Source: Basidiobolus ranarum (lineage: Eukaryota). From it: a DNA stretch of 39,541 nt. Shown here piece after piece: positions 12,263 to 30,800 of this stretch. The stretch's first letter is position 1. Each line of letters opens with the position of its first letter. Below the pieces are notes generated by a model. That model made no database searches. It had not been told where the DNA came from and saw only the letters and a program-made list of their open reading frames with translations. Location: assembly GCA_040143965.1 (NCBI GenBank), contig JASJQH010006917.1, positions 1 to 39,541 of the forward strand. The letters run 5' to 3'. A program made the position numbers and the translations under genes.

Positions 12263-12331
12263 TTTATAGTGGCAGATAGAGTGCTGCATGATTGGATTAA
12301 TGCAGGCAAAAAAACGCTTTGCCAAGATTGG
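12263..12331 (-). promoter_or_regulatory. TATA box (TATAAA, 12268-12263) and CCAAT boxes upstream of the mitochondrial carrier gene
   Basis: The minus strand reads CTATAAAGG about 72 nt upstream of the ATG. ATTGG occurs at 12291-12295 and 12327-12331. Confidence 0.45.
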
Positions 12332-13800
12332 CCCAGAATTTGTATGTGAAGAGTGAACTAATATGGCTAGAAGAAACAATGAATAATCTACTATGAGATA
12401 AGAAAGTGGTAATGACAGTATTCATTCGTTAGATAGAAGCTGTAGAATCACTATTCATTACACATCTCGAACGAGGCCTTATTCCATAAAAGAGTCAAGT
12501 AAACTTGGTGCATCAGGAATGAATCGAAAGTTACTTCGCTTCTATTTCGCGATATTACATGACCTAATATCCATAAAAGGTGATCTGATTACTGTTCATA
12601 ATATAAACGTCAAAAGATTAATCAGGATTGGGCCAATGATTAATCTAACATCCATAACTACCCTGGTTTCTAACATAAAGAGTCGCTTTTAGACAAATTG
12701 CACTATATCGGATCTTCACTTGCCATTAGAGATCTTTTGTTTCAGTGATCATCGATTACTACTAATTGAGTTTCCTGGTTTGGTAATCTATGGCGTTGTT
12801 GTGGTGCCCACCAGGTGTTTTCTCCTCAAGTATTAGAGGTTGGTGACTGGAGATGGGATAACAAAATTCTTCGACAGGTTGGCAGTGCCACACCTCTATT
12901 TGTGTAATCAATTTCTATGTACAATAATTGTTGCGTGGGAACATATCCTAACGATGTTATTGGCGTTGTGAGTTGTGGCTGGTCATTATTACAGAGCAGA
13001 AGCTGGCTTATTCCTAGCGGCGGACAAATACAAAGGTAATGTGGAAAAATACCACTTGGTGGGAATATGTAGTGTTATGACACATCTGAATCCAACCAAT
13101 CTAAACCTTCATATCTTCATAAATGGTGTTTATCTACTAGCAAAAAAAATGGAAACGGTGAACAGACTGTTCATGATAAAGCAACATTGATGCAAAATTT
13201 AGTATGCATTTTCATGATTTATGACTGTCATTACTTTGGCCATTTTCCTTTGATAATTGTCGCTAAGCCTGTGATATTGACAACCCACAGTTTTACATAC
13301 CGAATGAAGTACCTTCTAGAGGTTAGTTTTAAGTCTGATTGCCGCAATAGCTACTGTTATTTCGCCATTAACCCTTTTCGTTAGATTGATTGCTGGCTAC
13401 ATAACTCTCAGGCTAGCGGCCATACATAGTATTGATGGTGCATATTTTATGTAAACGTTTCTTGTAAAAGGCTGTCAAAGTCGAAGAAAAGTGCCTAATG
13501 TACACAAGCAAGCCGAACCAAATTTGGTTATTTTGTAATCTACCCGAGTATATGAAAATGACATCCTAGTTTATTTCAAGAATCAAGTGTAGACGCTTTA
13601 TCTTTTGAAATTGAATTTGAAGCATCGCAGGTTATTGTAAGAAATTACAAAACTACATAAAAAGTATGTCGAAGTTGATTTTATAAAATCAAGGAACATG
13701 TTGGTTGTTGCTAAGAACTACAGATATTTTCATGGTTTGATTTAATTCTATCCTTAGAGATGACGCGGATGTACAAGATATAAAAACAATGTTGATGTAA

Positions 13801-18516
<4,716 letters not shown>

Positions 18517-18880
18517 TCCTTTGAAAAATTAGGAGTTGTTGGAAAGTCAACTAAAACTCACTACACAAGGTAAGAACAAAAGAATCTTCAATTTAGTGAC
18601 AAAAATTGGACAAAATAAATTGTTTGAAACGCAACTATTTAAGTTATTACTTTGGGATGAAAAATTGACTAGGCAGAATTGATTACTAAGTTGATTTATT
18701 AGTTACACTTTCGAGATAAGGATTTAACCAAGGTTGCTTAAATTCAAAAAAATTGCCAAGCAGCTTTCAGTTATGCAAACAATTCAAATGGAAACTCAAA
18801 ATTCTCAAAGGGAAATTAAGGCAATGAGCCCTTTAGTTTAAATAGAAGACATAAAAATTGTACACTATCATAAAATTAAT

Positions 18881-19843
18881 TCAAATATATTGAGAAAGCC
18901 AGCGGAATCCTAATGTTTACATTTGGTGAGTAATTCATATTGCGATGATCCCCCCAACCTCGAATTTCAGTATATAATGCTTACCATCTCCATACCCGTG
19001 TCTCATAACAACTGAGCACATAAAGACCTCGATGGGACGGATGTCTTTGAGTGGTATCTTGCCCTGATTATTAAGTGAATAGATTTGATTACGAATAGTC
19101 AATATCATGGATACACAGCTGTTGAAAAATACCTTTCCAGTAGTTTGATACAGACCAAGATGAGCTCTTAACTCTTCTTCAGAAACAGCCCCTGGAGCGT
19201 CAATCTTATTGCCCAGAATGAGAAAGGGGACCTTTGAGAGTTCTTCAATGGATAAAAGAGCCTGTTGACGACTATGTAATTAACGGTCCTTCACTTGCAA
19301 TTGCAACACACATCAGGTTTTAACATACATCAAGTTCAGCCTTGCTCTCACCAAAGCGTTGACCATCCTGTGCGTCCACTAGATAGACAATTCCATCTAC
19401 TTCAGGGAAATAATCTTTCCATAGACGACGAGCTATGACACACATACACATCAGTATACAACACAAGAAAAATTCATAGAATAGTCGTATCAACCTTGCT
19501 GATGACCCCCGAGGTCATAGGTAGTGAATTTAACATTGCCAATGGCAAGCTCCTCAGATGCTATAGTTTTTGATTAGGCTTGGTTGTAGAGTAGTAAGCA
19601 AATGAAAATAATATTACTAGGATGCAGAGTGGGCTGGAGGGTTGCAAGACGGTCATTTTTAAGCATATGAAGCAGAGTGGTTTTTCCCGCATTATCAAGG
19701 CCAAGAAAGAGAATCTTGGCATTTTTATTAACCAAACCTGTGAGCAGAAAGATGAGTCAGAATTGAATGAAAACTTGATCAATTAACATATATCTCATAC
19801 CTAAACTAGAAAGAACGTCCCAAAACCAGTTTACAATAAACAT
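18881..19843 (-). CDS. SAR1: COPII small GTPase Sar1 (7 exons; largely missed by the ORF track)
   Basis: Spliced: [90 protein letters not shown]...ILGNKID...[27 protein letters not shown]. Confidence 0.97.
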
Positions 19844-20960
19844 TTTCACAAGTAAGAAGGTTCAACTTTATCAAAGAGTATGACAACAAAACACTGAAAA
19901 GTGCGAAGTAGGTTGTGTTGTGATAGTTAGGAGCAACTCTTTCTCCTTACTACGTACTAGGCAAAGATTGGGTGGGTTTTATGAACATCACCTGATAGCA
20001 CAATATTTCGCAAGCTAGTTAATAACGGACCAAGATCAGAGGGATGTCACCAGATATATCTTCGTCTAATGATCTATTCTTAGCGTTGCCAAAACCATAT
20101 GAGAAGTAAATTCCAGATACAATTATGGTATCAAAAAGCGCTACAGAATGCGAAAACTGATATTGTTGATCCGAATTTATCTCAAGCAATTGGAAAATCT
20201 CGCCGTCCAAATCGCCCAACTTACAAAGCCATGTTACTATAAAGAATCCACGCGAAGAGCTCATGGGCAAATGCACAATGTTGTGTAGCATAAAGAGTGG
20301 CAGCTATTTGTTTTCAACAAAGGGAGTACTACATATTAGATCCTATTATGTCGCCTTCTCCCCAACAGGGTGGACACAAGGGTATGACTGCTTATCCGGA
20401 TGCTGGATCTAATCGGATTTTGCATTCCTTAATGTTCATATTTTTTGCATGTCTTGATTTCCATTCACGTAATTCAATGAACGGGAACAAACTTTGGCAT
20501 AGAAGCTACTAAAGCTTAACTAGTCTGTATGCATTAAAACAATAGAAATACAAAAATCTGGGTTTCCATCAAGGAGGGGTCTCAGTTTAATTAAAGTTGG
20601 TGTCAGGTAAGATGATGGAGCGTTTCCGAAGAAAATTCCAAAGATACCAGCACTTATTAGTCGGCGTAGTTTCGCGCAATTTTACTTGACACGAACATAT
20701 ACTCCTTCATACTACATTAATTTAAGGGTTAGAAACTCTTACTGACAAGTATAGTAAATCGGATGCACGTCCAATTAAGGATTTGTCATGTTATCACCGG
20801 TTTCTTCACCTGTTGTAGCACCCAATGCAGCCAAGATTTTTCCTCTCTGCAGTAAGTTGAAAATCTATATAATCGGATGCTCGGTCTAGCAGTCGACACC
20901 CATACCCTTCTTTATAACTCCCTAACATAACATCTATTTTAACCGCTTTACTAATTACAA

Positions 20961-21958
20961 ATGGGTATTAAACTATTGGATGATCACTACTTGGTTATCA
21001 CTGCCTTCATTGTAGTAGCGTATCAACTTGTCTACTTCTTTACAGCCTTGGTGTTTAGGATTGAAAGGATGAAGATGGTTGTTGGCAGCATCAATTTTAT
21101 ATTGCTTAGCTTGCTGACTTTTGTCTTCTCGCAAACCTATTACACCAGACAAATAATTGCTTTTGCATTGGTTGCCTTGTGGGGACTTCGAGCTGCTGGT
21201 GATCAAATTTTCCGTGTGATTCATAGTGTTCAAGTCGAGGATGAGTTAACTGTGAAGTGCTTTTCACTTTTTTCTTTTACCTGTCTACAGATCATCTGGG
21301 TGTGGGCTGTTTCTCTGCCATTCACCATCTTGAATTCCCCCGCTGTGGCCCAGAGTAACCCTGCTTTTGGTAGCGCTACTGATATCATTGGACTGACTCT
21401 CTGGGTAATTGGCTTTGCAATCAGAGTTGGTATGTAGTTAAATTCTTAGTGGACAGTTCTTTCTATCTAACTCACAAGCCTTTTCTAGTCGCCGATTTTC
21501 AAAGAAACCGTCATTACAGTCAACGCTTTAGTCAACTTGATCTTCTCAAGTCTGGCGTTTGGTCCTATTCCCGACATCCCAATTATTTTGGGGAAATTTT
21601 GACTTGGTGGGGGATGTTCCTTCTTTGCCTGCAGCCTACTCTTAGTGCTGGATTGACTACAAGCTGGATATCAGTATTGAGCCCAATAACTGTTATCATT
21701 GCACTCTATTTCGTAACTGGTCTGTTACATAGGGAGAAACCCACTCAACAAAAATTCTACGAAAGTCCCGAGTTTTCGGCTTATAGAGACTATCTCGATC
21801 GAACATCTTTAATCGTTCCTATTCCTAGCTTCGTGTACATCAAATTTCCTCTATGGGTCAAATCAGTATTCTTTTTTGAATGGCCGATCTTCCGCTACAC
21901 TCCTGCCTGGAAAACTACTTACGTCGGCCATAAAATTGGTTCCATGGAAGAGTTATAA
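20961..21958 (+). CDS. DUF1295 / steroid 5-alpha-reductase-like membrane protein
   Basis: Two exons (20961-21429, 21489-21958). Multi-TM; motifs LWGLR, QIIWVWAVSLP, ADFQ, GVWSYSRHPNYFGEILTWWG, YRDYLDRTS. Confidence 0.88.
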
Positions 21959-24890
21959 ATGCTCCATTATTAGAAGGTTTCTGCTCGCGAATCTTTTCCA
22001 TATACTTGCAGACTCTTGGTGCCGAGATTAGGTCATTTCGTATCCGTCGTAAACTCTTATCATCTTTCGATTTCTATTCTTCTCTTTCAAGAGTGGATGT
22101 ACATATATGCGTGCGACTTCCATTGTTGGGTGGCTGTTTGCGGTGGCCACACTTCATATTTTCTAAATCAACCTGGTACGCATATTTCTATATATTCAAC
22201 TTCGTGCTTAAGAATTACAAACTTCTAGAGTGCTTCCTTACTCTACCCTGTTTATAATTTATTTATCATTGTTTAAACTTTGGTTCAGCATTTGTAAATT
22301 TCCCTGAACCTCTCAAAAGCTCTTTAAAATATTTTTGCTACATCTCGTATAGGTTAACTTTATCACGTACATATGACTTTCTTCGTTACTTCATAGCTGT
22401 GTTGTAGTTTTTGATTGAAGATTTCCATGATAAAGGATATCATTCCATTTCACCCTATTCACATTATTTAAACCTGGATTTTCTCAACATTATTGTATCC
22501 TAATTTTGAATCGAGAAGATTGAAAATTAAAGACCGAGTGATTACGATATTATACATCTAGCTATTATGCCATTAGCCTGTACGGATATGAATACCAAGT
22601 AGCATGAATTCATAGTTGATTGAAAGCACAAATGAAAGGCACTCTTCAGTGTATCTAAGAGTAAATCTCCTTTGATGTGCCTTGTTCTTGATAGAACCGT
22701 TGGTGGCACGCGATAGTGGTGCACTGAGCCGTTGGGATCAATTGTATCATGTAACTTACCATCATTGCCGATTCCAGCGTAACCAACCGAGACCGTACAT
22801 TGTGAAACCCCGTCGCGGTACTAGTCTTATAGCCATCTAGACTAAAGTGGTCTTCATATACTTTACATATACAAAGAGCAGGGTTGAGCTTCTCTACACG
22901 AACTGATCTATTCGTATCAAGTCTACCATGGAATCTAGATCATCAACAGTCGTTTGTACTGCAACGTATTATCCTGTTATTCCTGCAGCTTGACTTCATT
23001 TTTCACTGGTATGATGCCAACTCGAGTGTATATTAGCCGCCGTTGTATTATCTACTATTTTGGTAGAGCAAGTTAGTCTATTTCGTTTCTTCATATCTTA
23101 TTAAATTATTGCCAATATCACTATATTTGCAGGATTCACATGGTGCAAGGACGCCTAATACCTCGCCACACCCAAATTCTGTGTGATATATGTGTGAAAC
23201 GTATTCATTGTTGCCGTACAAAACCCATTGAAACCAGAAGTTGGTATAACATGGATTGCATATGCTGAACCATACTTGTACATCAGAGACTAAATAGGTA
23301 TGGAAATCAAGTCTGAGTATTTGAAACATTGTAAATCAGCCTTCCATAGCTAAAATTTGTAGTGGCGTTGTGGAGGCCGCAGATGCTCAACATATCTCGA
23401 AACCTACTCAGAGCTCATTTGTTTAGTACTTACTAGCTACCTTTACTACTCTACGAATATCAGAAAAGTCCAGTATAATTTCAACGTAGTAAGTGAGTTT
23501 GGCGAGAAGGTTAGTAGTTGCTTGGGGTTTCCATCTAAAGTAACTCTTTTGATCACATTTTTAGAGAATTTATTGTACTGATTTGATACTGAATATTAAT
23601 AATACGACCAACTCTCATCGGCACTATCTACCAATGTTAATACCCAGACGGGTATTCGTACTTTCTTCCTAGTAACGGAGAATTATATACCGTAAATCTG
23701 ATGAGATCGTACATTTGAAATGTTGAATTTTAAATAGGTTCTTTAAGAATATCCGGTTGTTTACTCGATCAATAGAATTATGATTATCCATGGATCTAGG
23801 CATATTAGATCATCTTCCTCTACTCGCTGCCAAGAATAATTCACTTCTAGTAATAGATTAGCGCGCATATTAACTGGTATTTTTAGTCGTTCAAAGCTAT
23901 TTTTAACGATATAGAAAGCAATGTGAAATAACCCATCAAACAGAAATCTCCTCCAGCCCGAAGAAATGTTCTGAGTGCCCCATTTTCCATATACTAAGCC
24001 ACTTTAATCATTCAATATCCAGGAAAGCTTCAAGTGATGCTAATTTAAGTGAAGTGGTATAATAAGGGAGAGGAATTATTCCTGATACACCAAATCACAG
24101 GAACAGGAGTTTTACAAAGGAAAGTTGTTAGTACGTATAAATGAGGGTTCGTATAAGTCAGAGACAGTTTTAGCTGTTTGTACAAAAATTCAAATCGACA
24201 ACTTGAAATTTACATTTCTAACTGGTCTGCATGCCACCAAGATGTTCAATATTTATTTCCCATCAACTAATTTCTATTTGAATCATTTGATTTGTGTAAA
24301 GTGATATTATTGAAGTAGATGCGTTTCCATTGTTTCAGTTTTGCATTCTCTAATTGTAACTATAGATGGTTATCAATGATCTGAGTTTAATTGAATGGAA
24401 CATCCAAGGCTATTGTTATTGCCTTAGATGTAAATCAATCTGGCTCAATCACGATCAATAATCGCCGAATGTTTAGAAGAAGCAACTTGAGCTAGTTGGA
24501 AGTAAGATATAGAATTATGATCTTCACTGATATATTATTCCTACCAATGCTTCTCATTTAGAATTCTCCTTCGGGAGATGAAATATGGTATCAAATACAC
24601 CAACATGTTGACAAAAAGTACTGGTCAAACTTTACCGGGGATTATCATGATGAGTATGTCTGGACTACTCGCTGCCATCAAATGTTTAGAATCTATGGAG
24701 CTGTCCAGATCTACATAATACTCTACGCCGTTACATCTTTGAGATTCCCCATATCTCTCATTCATCTCAATTCTTGGTAGTGCAGATTACTTGCTCTACT
24801 CTGGTTTGTTTTGGGTGTTTCGATGTATCTCAAGTATAGTGTTAGTTTGTCGATAGATAAGTATACAAGTACATTTATTATAATCAAAAG

Positions 24891-27800
24891 TCAATCATGT
24901 GATATCTCTTCATCGTGCTTGTGAATTTCTTGTTCGAAGAACACATCGAGTTCATCTAAAGCTTCAATCATAGCTCGATACTGCCGTTCATACTCTTCAT
25001 CCCCAATTACCTCTTCCACGTTGCTCCGAGCAGCGATAGTGAGTTCACTATTTTCTAACATAGTCGTGGAATTGTTAAAGTTTGTCGAGTGATCTTGAAT
25101 TGAAAATTGAAAGTGTGAGAAGTATGGAACTTTGTCAACACATTCTAAAGCACAGGCATGGACTACTGCTATCACATTAGCTCGAGTTAGTTTTGCAGTG
25201 TGTAATGGGTACCGAATCCACCATCCGGAGACATGATCCACAGCGAAAGTAAAGCGTTCTTGGCCATTGGAAGTGAAAGGTAATGAGGAAATAATATGCT
25301 CAGTAGTATGTTCTTTGTTGCCCTGGTTATTTTTGGTGAAGCTTGAGGTGGATGAAGTATTCATGGCTTCTTCCAGGACAGCAAAGGCATCTTCAGCGAA
25401 TTCAGTTTGAAGCAAGCGGAGCAAAGGTGCTAAAAGAACAAAGCTATCTTCTTCGGCAGTTCCAACAGGGTCTAGAAAATCTACATATGGAAAGGCAACT
25501 TTTAGGATTTTAAGAGTATTACGCTTGATCGAATCGTTTTGATTAGGAAGTAATTCCAGTAGGAACTTCATGGCATCAGAAGCATATTTCGGGAAATATA
25601 CATCCTTTAACACTCCAAATAATTGTCGTAAATAATCTTCCTTTGCGCGATAGCGTTTTCGACCATACATCAATAACACTCTCCCGATATTTTCAAGTCC
25701 ACAAGCATTGGCTTTGGTAGCTAGTAAATTTGTTATATCAAGGTAAGGATTATTGATATGCTGATCTAATGCATCCATGATAATAGGTAAGTTTGCTAAA
25801 ATGGCGAAAAGCATTCTTCCTTCAGAAGGATCGATCAACCAGCAATCTTCGAACGTAACAAGTCTGTTAATCAGTGATAAAGCACGGGGCTGTACTTTTG
25901 AAGAGACTAAGCCTTTGAGGAGCAACGTTTGAAGTCCTGGGAACTGCCCATCCCATTCTTCTGGAAACCGGTCCTCTAAAGATACCATCCAGCTTTGATT
26001 CTCCTCGCTAATGTGTTCAATCATCCGATCAAATATGCCTAATGCTTCAGAGTATTCATCTTCATTTATGGTGCATAGACAGGCCATGGCCGCCCAAAAA
26101 ATGTGTGGTAACAATGGTGAACTATAAACCTCTACATCGTCAACGATTTTTCGCAGCGTATAAAGAATTTCAAGGCAGAAGCTTTGAATTTCATCTGAAG
26201 TATCTGAAATCGTGTTGCTTAGACGAGCAAGCATGTCGGCCAACATGGTCATATCCATAGAGGGCATTAAATGTCTGAATATCTGAAAAGATATGCATGC
26301 AATATTCCGCACTGGACAGCAGGTAGCCCAGTTGAGAGATATCATACCCCATTTTTGGCGAATTTGCAAATCTTCATCGATCAAAATGTCAATCAGCTCA
26401 TTCACAACCTCTGAAATGTCCACAGGCTTCAGTTCTGGTCTCTCCTGAAGTGGTGAGATTTTCAATTTCTGGCAAAACTTCACAGCTTTGTCTACAGTAG
26501 CTAAGTTATTCGACTTGTCGATAATAATTGAATGAATGAGATTGATCATCAGCTGCCTGGTTTGCTCACTCACAAGAGTGATGAAATGATTGAGGTGAAC
26601 AGAAGCAGCATGAAGCAAAGTTGGCAAATGAGGTTTAAGCAGGCCTTCAGCTTCAATAGCAAGATCAGTCAATAGAATAATTGCCAGTTGACCTTTAGAA
26701 AAAGCTGGGCGCTTGGGATAAAGAACTAAGACGTCGTCGATGTTTGCCACAAACAAATAGGAAGATTTCTGTCGAGTTTGATGATTAGGTGATGAGATGA
26801 TGTGTGGTATTAATGTCTCAGGTACGATGGTTGCAACAAATTCGTTAATCATGTTGGTGGCGGCTGGTGTTCGACCAAGGAAGATTATTATTTTTTTAGC
26901 ATGTACAACGAAACCTGGATTTCGTTTTTCTAATCCGAGATCTAATAGATATGTAAGAATGACCTTCATATTTTGAGTGTTACTACCAACTACGAGTTCA
27001 GCCCAGATTGTCTCTATTTCTTTAAAATACACGTCTCCATGCTTAATGGTAATATAGAACAAGTTGGTCAGTACCATAATGGATAATCCAGAGATAGATC
27101 CATCACCGAGAAACTCTAACGTCACATTTCTAATCCAAGGGATCAAAAGGAGTAGTGTGTCTCTCTTCACGTTTGCGTTCACCGATTCGAATCGCATGAC
27201 CAACTCAGAAAGAAGCTCATAAGTCAATTCTGGATGATCCCGTGCTAGTTTCCCAGATAAAGCCGCCTGCGCTTGCTTATATATAGTTGGCAAATGGCTC
27301 TCGATTGTATTCTCGAAATCACGAGCACACCGAACTAGAGTGAACCGGGTCTCAACAGAACATAGAAGCTTGATTGCGTGCAGTCTTATTTCCACATTTG
27401 GATCTGCAATCTTAAAGAGTGCAAGACAGATTATTTTGTAAGGATAGTATGGATAATTTTCTGTTAAGGCTAACACGTCAGCAAGGACTGAAAAACAACC
27501 CTGTGTTGATTTTAAATTCGGATTTCCAATGTAGCATTCGTGTACAACATCCTCAAGAAGAAGAGGGTGTTTTTGATTATGCACAAGTAAAGATTCTAAG
27601 GCTGACCTATACAAGTGGAACTATTAATAAGACGTAATCAATTTGATTTAAAGATGAACGTATAATAGATATTACTTCGCAATGTGATGAACACCACCAT
27701 CGGGACTGTTGAAAACAGAATTGATCCAACGAAACAAAGCAACGACATCAAACGAAGCCACGCCTTTTTTTGATCTTGAGCGACCGACAGCTGTAGCAAT

Positions 27801-30800
27801 AGGTCCTTTCTAAATCACATTTAAGGTATAAGTGCAATGTACAAAATAAGCAATTAGGTATATATAACTGACACATAGAGCTGCCATTGCTTTTAGTGCA
27901 GCACTTTCTAGTCCTTTTCGCTCTTCCTCCATGATTGTAGTCATCGCGCCACGTTCTCGAATATCTTTGTATTGGTCTAATACAGTCAACATCATTCTTG
28001 CCTCACGATCTCTGGTTGAAGAACCATGTTGGCCGTGGCCACACCAATCTTCAAGCATTTTGAATAAGGATATTCGCAATTCGAACGATATATATCTAGT
28101 GGATTCGCTGAGCAAAATGATACTATTATAAACTTTTTCCACTAAACCACAAAAATACTCTCGCAATTTTTGAAATTCCCAATCAGTTTGAACCTCCGGA
28201 TCATAAAGAAAAGATTTACATTCCTTGACGAAACCAACGATGGCATCCATGACAAATTCGTCGTGCAAATGGTTACTATCTTGCAAATAGTGAGAGGTCA
28301 ATTGATAAACATGAGCAATTTCCGTACGCAACCGGTCATTTCGCTTATTACGTTTGCTTTGGCTAGGTTTTTGATTGTTCTTACTTTTCGGATCTTCAAA
28401 AACACTCTTTGCAAACTGTTGGAGATCTTCTATCAAAACGCGATAAGCATTACCGTTTATATGACCTAGAGCCGCGACAACCGCATCTCGAATTAAAGTT
28501 TGGTCCGATGAAAGAAAAGGCAGCACCATCCTAAAAAGGTCGCGTGCGGAGGAAATCTTCTCGATGCTAGCGAAAGCAGAACGCTTCCGCCGTACGATCG
28601 TATTTATTTGTGTGTAGTCATCAGCCATGGCGATAGTTAAGCATGTGAAAACCAAGTATATTTTCCACTGTTCTATATACTTGTCATTCACTCGGACAGC
28701 TTTAGAAGCCCATCTATTGGGAAGACTTGGTAAACTCGGTCTGCCCGAATTTGCGACATTAGTTGGCTTGGAATGTGTCTCAGCAGTGTGAATTACCAAT
28801 GATTGCATGGATAATAACCTGGAACAGATGACATTTTGAGTAAGTGCCACAATAATAGGGCATTTATCATAGCACATTTTAATCAGCACAGGAAAGCACC
28901 GCGCCCAAGTGGCAAGGTCTTCAGGCTCACTCTTGGAAGCTATAGAAATCAAAACGGTCGTTGTAGATTCCTGTTGACGTTGTTTACGAACTTGTTCAGT
29001 GACCTGAAGCGAAAGTTTACTCCCTCGGCCATAAGCGTTTACGATATTATGCCCCTCTTGCTCAAGAATATCGATAATATGAGTTTGTGGTTGTTGACTT
29101 TGAGGTAAATAGTTGTGATCATTGCCAGTCGAAGTGTGTTCCCTCAAGCTCATCATATTGTCAAATGTTGCTGAAAGACTAAGAATCTCAATAGCGTACT
29201 TCCGAATTAAAGGAGACTGATTACACAGGAAAAATAAGCCATTAGACTCAGTTTCGGTGATTAGATTCCAGACTTGATTATATTTGCTATGATCTTCTTC
29301 TCCTTCTTGAGCAAAGCGCAACTCCATATCACTTTGCCATACATGAAGTAGCTGAACATATAAATTCAATAAAATGGCATCAGATTTCGTATTGCTATCA
29401 GAAAGTCCACATATTAGCAATTCGGCGAATCGATCTTCAATTTTGGTAATAAATCTGGAAAATGTGGACACAACTTTTAATGCGTCACATTGTTTAGCGA
29501 TACGAATCAAAGCCTCAGTGGATGCTCGTCCCAAATTTGGATCTACATGGATTGTATAACGGCAAAGCATTTCAACAAATGTCTGAAGCGGAATACCAGT
29601 TGGCATACATCTCGGAGCAGCTTCAATACACGCTCTCATGAGATCAAAGTAAGGCTGTTTGTCTTTCATATAAGACACCGTTAAACTAGATATGTGTACG
29701 TACGTTTGTTGAACCTCGTAAGTTAATTCTTTGGCAGCATTTGCTACTGCTCCCGCAATAGCGTTGGTTGCTGAAGTATTGCGATTGTTGAGATATCGCT
29801 CGTCACACAAAAGCATGCCACCGAACGACTGATCTAGGATCGTAGCTATTATACCCAAAATGCCATTCATTTGCTCAATTGAATCCCTCTGACCTATCCG
29901 ATTCAAGACTTGCACAGAGAGTACATCAGTATTCGGCTGCGACGAGACTGAAGAATCAGTGGTGTATCCACAATCTCCTCTAGGAAACGGAGGGCGATAT
30001 TCAGATCGTTCCAAGCTAGATAGAAAGAGTAGATATGCCTTAATAGCAATAACAGTGCGTTCGGGGTAAATGCTTTCAATAGTAGCATCTAAAGTAGTAA
30101 TATCATCGTAACCTATGAGTGTAGAAGAAATGTACTTCATGACATTGTTTGAATCCCACAAACATATAAAATGAATGATCTGAATGAAATCATCAAGAGA
30201 CGTATCAGGAGGATTGATTTGCCGCCGACCGGGCGGGAAAAGAATTTTTAAGATTGTCTCCAATTTCTTGTATATGTTACTCGCGCTTTCAGTACAACGA
30301 TTTAGATACACCCATATCAAACGAGTGATACAAGTCAATGCCATTTGACGTGATCCTTTGTCCTGTACAAACGAAATTTAGTAAACAAGAACCATGACAC
30401 TTTTGAATGCAAAAAATACCTTAAATCTTTGTATGCAAGAATCCATGAAGGTCCACCATTTTGATAAAAAGAATTCTTTGCGACTGACGCATAAAAGTAT
30501 GGACATTAAAGGATAAGCCACCTGATGAGATAAGAGTAAGTAGATTGAATATGAAGTGCATTGTTCGAAATCAAGTCGCTTACATCCCAATGGCGCAATT
30601 TAGTACACATTTTGAAGGCCTTTGGATATATGCTATCTATGGTTTCGATCCAAGCCTGAATATTAACCTCTGCCAAGGCAACCTATTGCAAGCTCTCTTT
30701 AGAAAAAAACGCAAATTCATCATCAATAAATTACTGAGCTTACTGCAGCTATAGGAGCTAGCATTTCCACAAATACTTGTGCGTAGGCATGCTTTATTTT

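Noticed and set aside
12997-13010. CAGAAGCTGGCTTA resembling the RNase P/MRP CR-V element
   Set aside because: No matching CR-I (GAAAGUCC/GGAAnnUC) partner found upstream to form P4.
13582-13592. ATCAAGTGTAG matching part of U2 snRNA
   Set aside because: The match stops before the full GTAGTA branch-pairing motif, and the flanks do not resemble U2.
20019-20512. ORFs 20019-20291 (-) and 20297-20512 (+) in the SAR1/DUF1295 divergent region
   Set aside because: Short, with no recognisable domain or supporting splice structure; likely chance ORFs in promoter DNA.
22701-22881. Alu/7SL-like words (TGGTGGCACGCG, GTGAAACCCCGTC, GAGCAGG) suggesting SRP RNA or Alu contamination
   Set aside because: The words are short, in the wrong order and lack intervening similarity; no SRP helix-8 stem with a GNRA loop can be built.
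24647-24653. ATGATGA C-box suggesting a C/D snoRNA
   Set aside because: No CTGA D box at a suitable distance and no terminal stem.
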